Shown: positions 60,538-64,000 of the stretch, piece by piece
Numbering within the stretch: the stretch's first letter is position 1
Layout of the letters: each line of letters begins with the position of its first letter
Origin: Adineta vaga
Taxonomy: Eukaryota > Animalia > Rotifera
Direction: 5' to 3'
DNA length: 64,000 nucleotides
Assembly (NCBI GenBank): GCA_021613535.1
Contig: CP075493.1
Coordinates: 15,376,001-15,440,000, forward strand
Translations under genes and position numbers: made by a program
Notes under the pieces: model-generated
The model's database searches: none
What the model was told of the DNA's origin: nothing
What the model saw: only the letters and a program-made list of their open reading frames with translations

Positions 60538-63500
60538 ATGAGTATATCTAGGACGACAATGGCTTTAGTTAGAATCGTCCAGAGACATGCAGGTGAACGA
60601 AATTCCGCGGAGCAGGCAGAGAAACTTATTCGTGAAGGGGCAGATATCATGGCTTTAACGCATTTTGGCTCAATGATTCTCGCTGTCATTGCTGAAGAAA
60701 AACGTAACCGACAAACAATGCCGTGGAAAGCGGATAATTGCTTACGGTTGGTTAAAGTTTTGGAAAAGGCTGCTTGTGATCAGTTGAGCACAGAAGTTTT
60801 TTCAAAAAATGGTGGTGATCTTCAAAAAATGAGTTTTTTGATACAACTTAAAGCTAATTGTTATCAGTCAGAAACCTATGGTCCACTGGGTTTATTAGGA
60901 TCATTATTAAATCAAGATAAAGTTCCTATACATGTCGATATCGTAAAATTTCTCATAGAAAGTGACTCGAACGGAAAAAACGCATTGACCACTATCAACG
61001 ATCAGGAACAATGCTGTTTATCTCTCGCAAAAGGCAATAAACAATGTCCAAAAGATGTCATTGATTACCTGCAACAACGGTTTGATGAAATTGTGAATCA
61101 GATTCCGTTTACTCAACCACAGATTAATCCAAATCAAGTTATTATGTGGATTCGTTTAGGTGCTAATGTCGAAGCTACAGATAAGAATGGCAATACCGTA
61201 CTGTGCAATGCTGCTAGTGTTAACAATTTGGAACTCGTTCGTGCGCTTGTTTTAGTTGGCAGTAATACTACACATAAAAACCGAGATGGTCTCACGCCTT
61301 TACAAATCGCAAACAAAACTGTACCAAGAAATCGTCCATTGATTGCATTTTTGGAGGGACAACGTGTAAATGTTCAATTAGCAAAATTGATTGAAACACA
61401 AAAATCAACATTAACTACTGAAGAAGTTCAAACTCTACTCGAAAATGGAGCTAATATTAATGCATCGATGATAAACGGCGATACGCCACTTCATATACTA
61501 ATAGTTAATCAAGGAACTATTGATATGGTGAAATCTTTTGTTAATGATTTCAATGCTGATTTATCTGCCACAAACACTAAAGGGTATCGACCACTGGAAA
61601 CATGTATTGTGCTTAGTAAAGAGTCAAATTCTTGTTTACAAACACTAATAGCACTGCCAAAAATGACTACAGATAAATTTCATAATCCAAAATTGAACAA
61701 ATCTCTTCTACAATTTGCTACGGAACAGAAGCGCTCCAATGCAGCAAAATTAATACAAAATGAACTTAATATTCGTTTATGGAATTGCATAGCATGTCTC
61801 AATATCAACGATGACAATAACAAAACGATTTTGGATACAGCTACGCAGTTGATAGCTTATGGTGCTCAGATTAATCATCCACATACTGACAAAGAATATG
61901 ATCAGTGGACAGTTCTGCATTTAGCAACTAAAATAAGTACAGATAAAGTGCTTCGATACATGATAAAACAGTTACGTGCAGACTACATGTTACAAAATGG
62001 TAATGGTGATTATCCGATTTCTATTGCGGCGCAGCTTGGTTCTTTGTCCATGGTTGAATATCTACACGATTTACCTAAGTTGAGTTTGAATGTTCGTAAC
62101 AAGGAACTGCAGACACCACTACATTTAGCCACGAAAAATAATCATTTGTTTGTTGTTCGATATCTCATCAAATGGGGTGCCGATGATCAAGCTCAGGATC
62201 GATTGAAGAAAACACCATTGGATGTAGCAGGTGAAAATGTTTTTAGAAGCAAAGAAGAGGAGATAAACAACAAAAAGATACTTCAATTTCTTACGCAATT
62301 AGTTTGTCCTCCGACCGATGCTACGACAAAATTAACAGCAACTAGCAAGAAACCTACCTATGATCTAGACACGTGTGATCTAGTTATACCAGTGATTCTA
62401 AATACCATCAATATGAATGTAGATGATGCTGACGCAGCTATAGGTGAAAAACGCAGAAGTTTATTTTCCACAAGTCCCAATAACAATTTGCATGATGCTG
62501 CAAAAACTGGAGATATAACATTAGCTGAAAAATCTATTGGCGAAGGAGCAGACATCTGTTATCGTAGAAAAAATCGTACGTCACTTGAAGTAGCGTTTAT
62601 ATCTCAAAATAAGTATGCAGCAAAATTGAAAGTTAGAACACTCAATGCACTAGATTTTTCACGTTTTCAAGCAATGGCAGCTGGATGCCATCAAATAATT
62701 CAATTGATACAACATATCGCATTTACGAAGATCTGTGACGCTATTCAACAGTCTAATGCAGGTCTTGTCATAGCTTATCATCGAGCGGGAGCTGCAATTA
62801 CTAAAGATTTACTATACAAAGCTTGCAGTACATCAGATAATGCTGAAATCATCGATTATTTGGTGAAACAAAGTGCCGATATCTATCAAGCTATTATCAA
62901 TGATACATCACCCAATTCTCCATATCATATTGCAAAATCGAAAAAATTTACTAGAGTTGTTGCATATCTTAAATATCTATTATCAGTTGAATGCACAAAA
63001 GCTGTAAAAGAAAATAATTTAGAATTGGTCAAAAAATTAGTCGAAGCCGGTGCAAACGTCGAATTAGACAGTACAAATAATTTAAACGAAGCGATCAAGC
63101 ATGAAAATTCTGATTTAATTGAGTTTCTTTGTCAAAATGGTGTTAAAATGCCAACGAGTTGGCTTTCCGCAAAAACACTTGAACTCGATTCAACTACATC
63201 TCAACCAATGAAACCCGAGATCATACTTGTGATCAATCGGTGTCTAGTAGAAAGACGACTACGTTTTGCCGCTGCTAATGGTGATCTTGATGAAGTGGTT
63301 CAATGCCAACATTTAGGTGTTAACATCAATTCAAAAAATTGTCACGGTTCAACTGCATTGTTGTGTACAATTCAACATGGAAATTATTTTGCAATTGTTC
63401 ATGCATTAGTTTCACGTGGTGCATCGATGCTTCATTCTAATGAAAATGAACGAGCGTCACTGATCGATCTTGCAGCAGAACAAAACTACAAGCAGATCGC

Positions 63501-64000
63501 CGCGTATCTTTCTGAACAATTAAACACACAATTTTTGTCTGCAATTCTCAATAATGATCGACAAAGTGCAGAGAAATTCGCACAATTAGGTGCTGACTTT
63601 AATCATAAAGATGAGCAGCATCGCACACCATTACATTATGCTGTACAGTATCATGGTAGCGAGCTTGTAACATGGCTATGCGAGTGTGGCAGTGCACCAA
63701 CAGTCTGTGATATTAATGGTGACTATCCGATAACACAAGCTACTGAAAAAGGTAATGTAACAGAATTCTTGATTATTTTCTTGCAGTAGAGTACAAAATA
63801 TAATGCGACATTTGTTCCTCTTCTCACAATAAACAGTTGAGAGCCATGAACTATTTTTGGAAATATAAAATCTTTATCATAAAAATGATATTACGGTTTA
63901 CTGTTGCAGGTGACTATGCAGTTGTAGAACTTTTTGTGACAAAATATCCAGCTACAAAGAGACAAATGAATAAAAGTGGCATGACAGCTTTACAAATCGC
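60538..64000 (+). CDS. Large ankyrin-repeat protein, 3'-partial
   Basis: Many ankyrin motifs (GDTPLH, QTPLHLA, RTPLHYA, GANV). Intron about 63752-63909; the next exon runs off the window. Confidence 0.9.

Noticed and set aside
1-64000. Integrase, recombinase, transposase or reverse transcriptase serving the cassette array
   Set aside because: No tyrosine-recombinase, DDE, HUH or RT motifs were recognised in any ORF. Any such enzyme must be encoded elsewhere, if it exists.

Overview
AT-rich eukaryotic DNA with short (about 50-60 nt) GT-AG introns. The gene families (many divergent rhodopsin-like GPCRs, NHL-repeat proteins, ADP-ribosyltransferase-TPR/LRR proteins, intronless bacterial-like enzymes) suggest a bdelloid rotifer; this is inference, not a database result. 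The window holds about 30 unrelated accessory genes and gene fragments in mixed orientation, an intron-containing tRNA-Ser(AGA), two Helitron-like elements and a TIR-bounded element. The main unexplained structure is a family of more than 20 short (about 40-85 bp) imperfect palindromes, consensus (TTGA)GGGTGTGGGTG-variable spacer-CACCCACACCC(TCAAG). They sit almost only between genes, often one per gene and close to gene ends. In several cases they lie exactly where a gene or transposon is cut off. The arms resemble the telomeric hexamers TGAGGG/TGTGGG arranged head-to-head. The region therefore reads as a gene-cassette array delimited by palindromic junction sites (integron/attC-like, or fused telomere-capped fragments). 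No recombinase gene was seen in the window.
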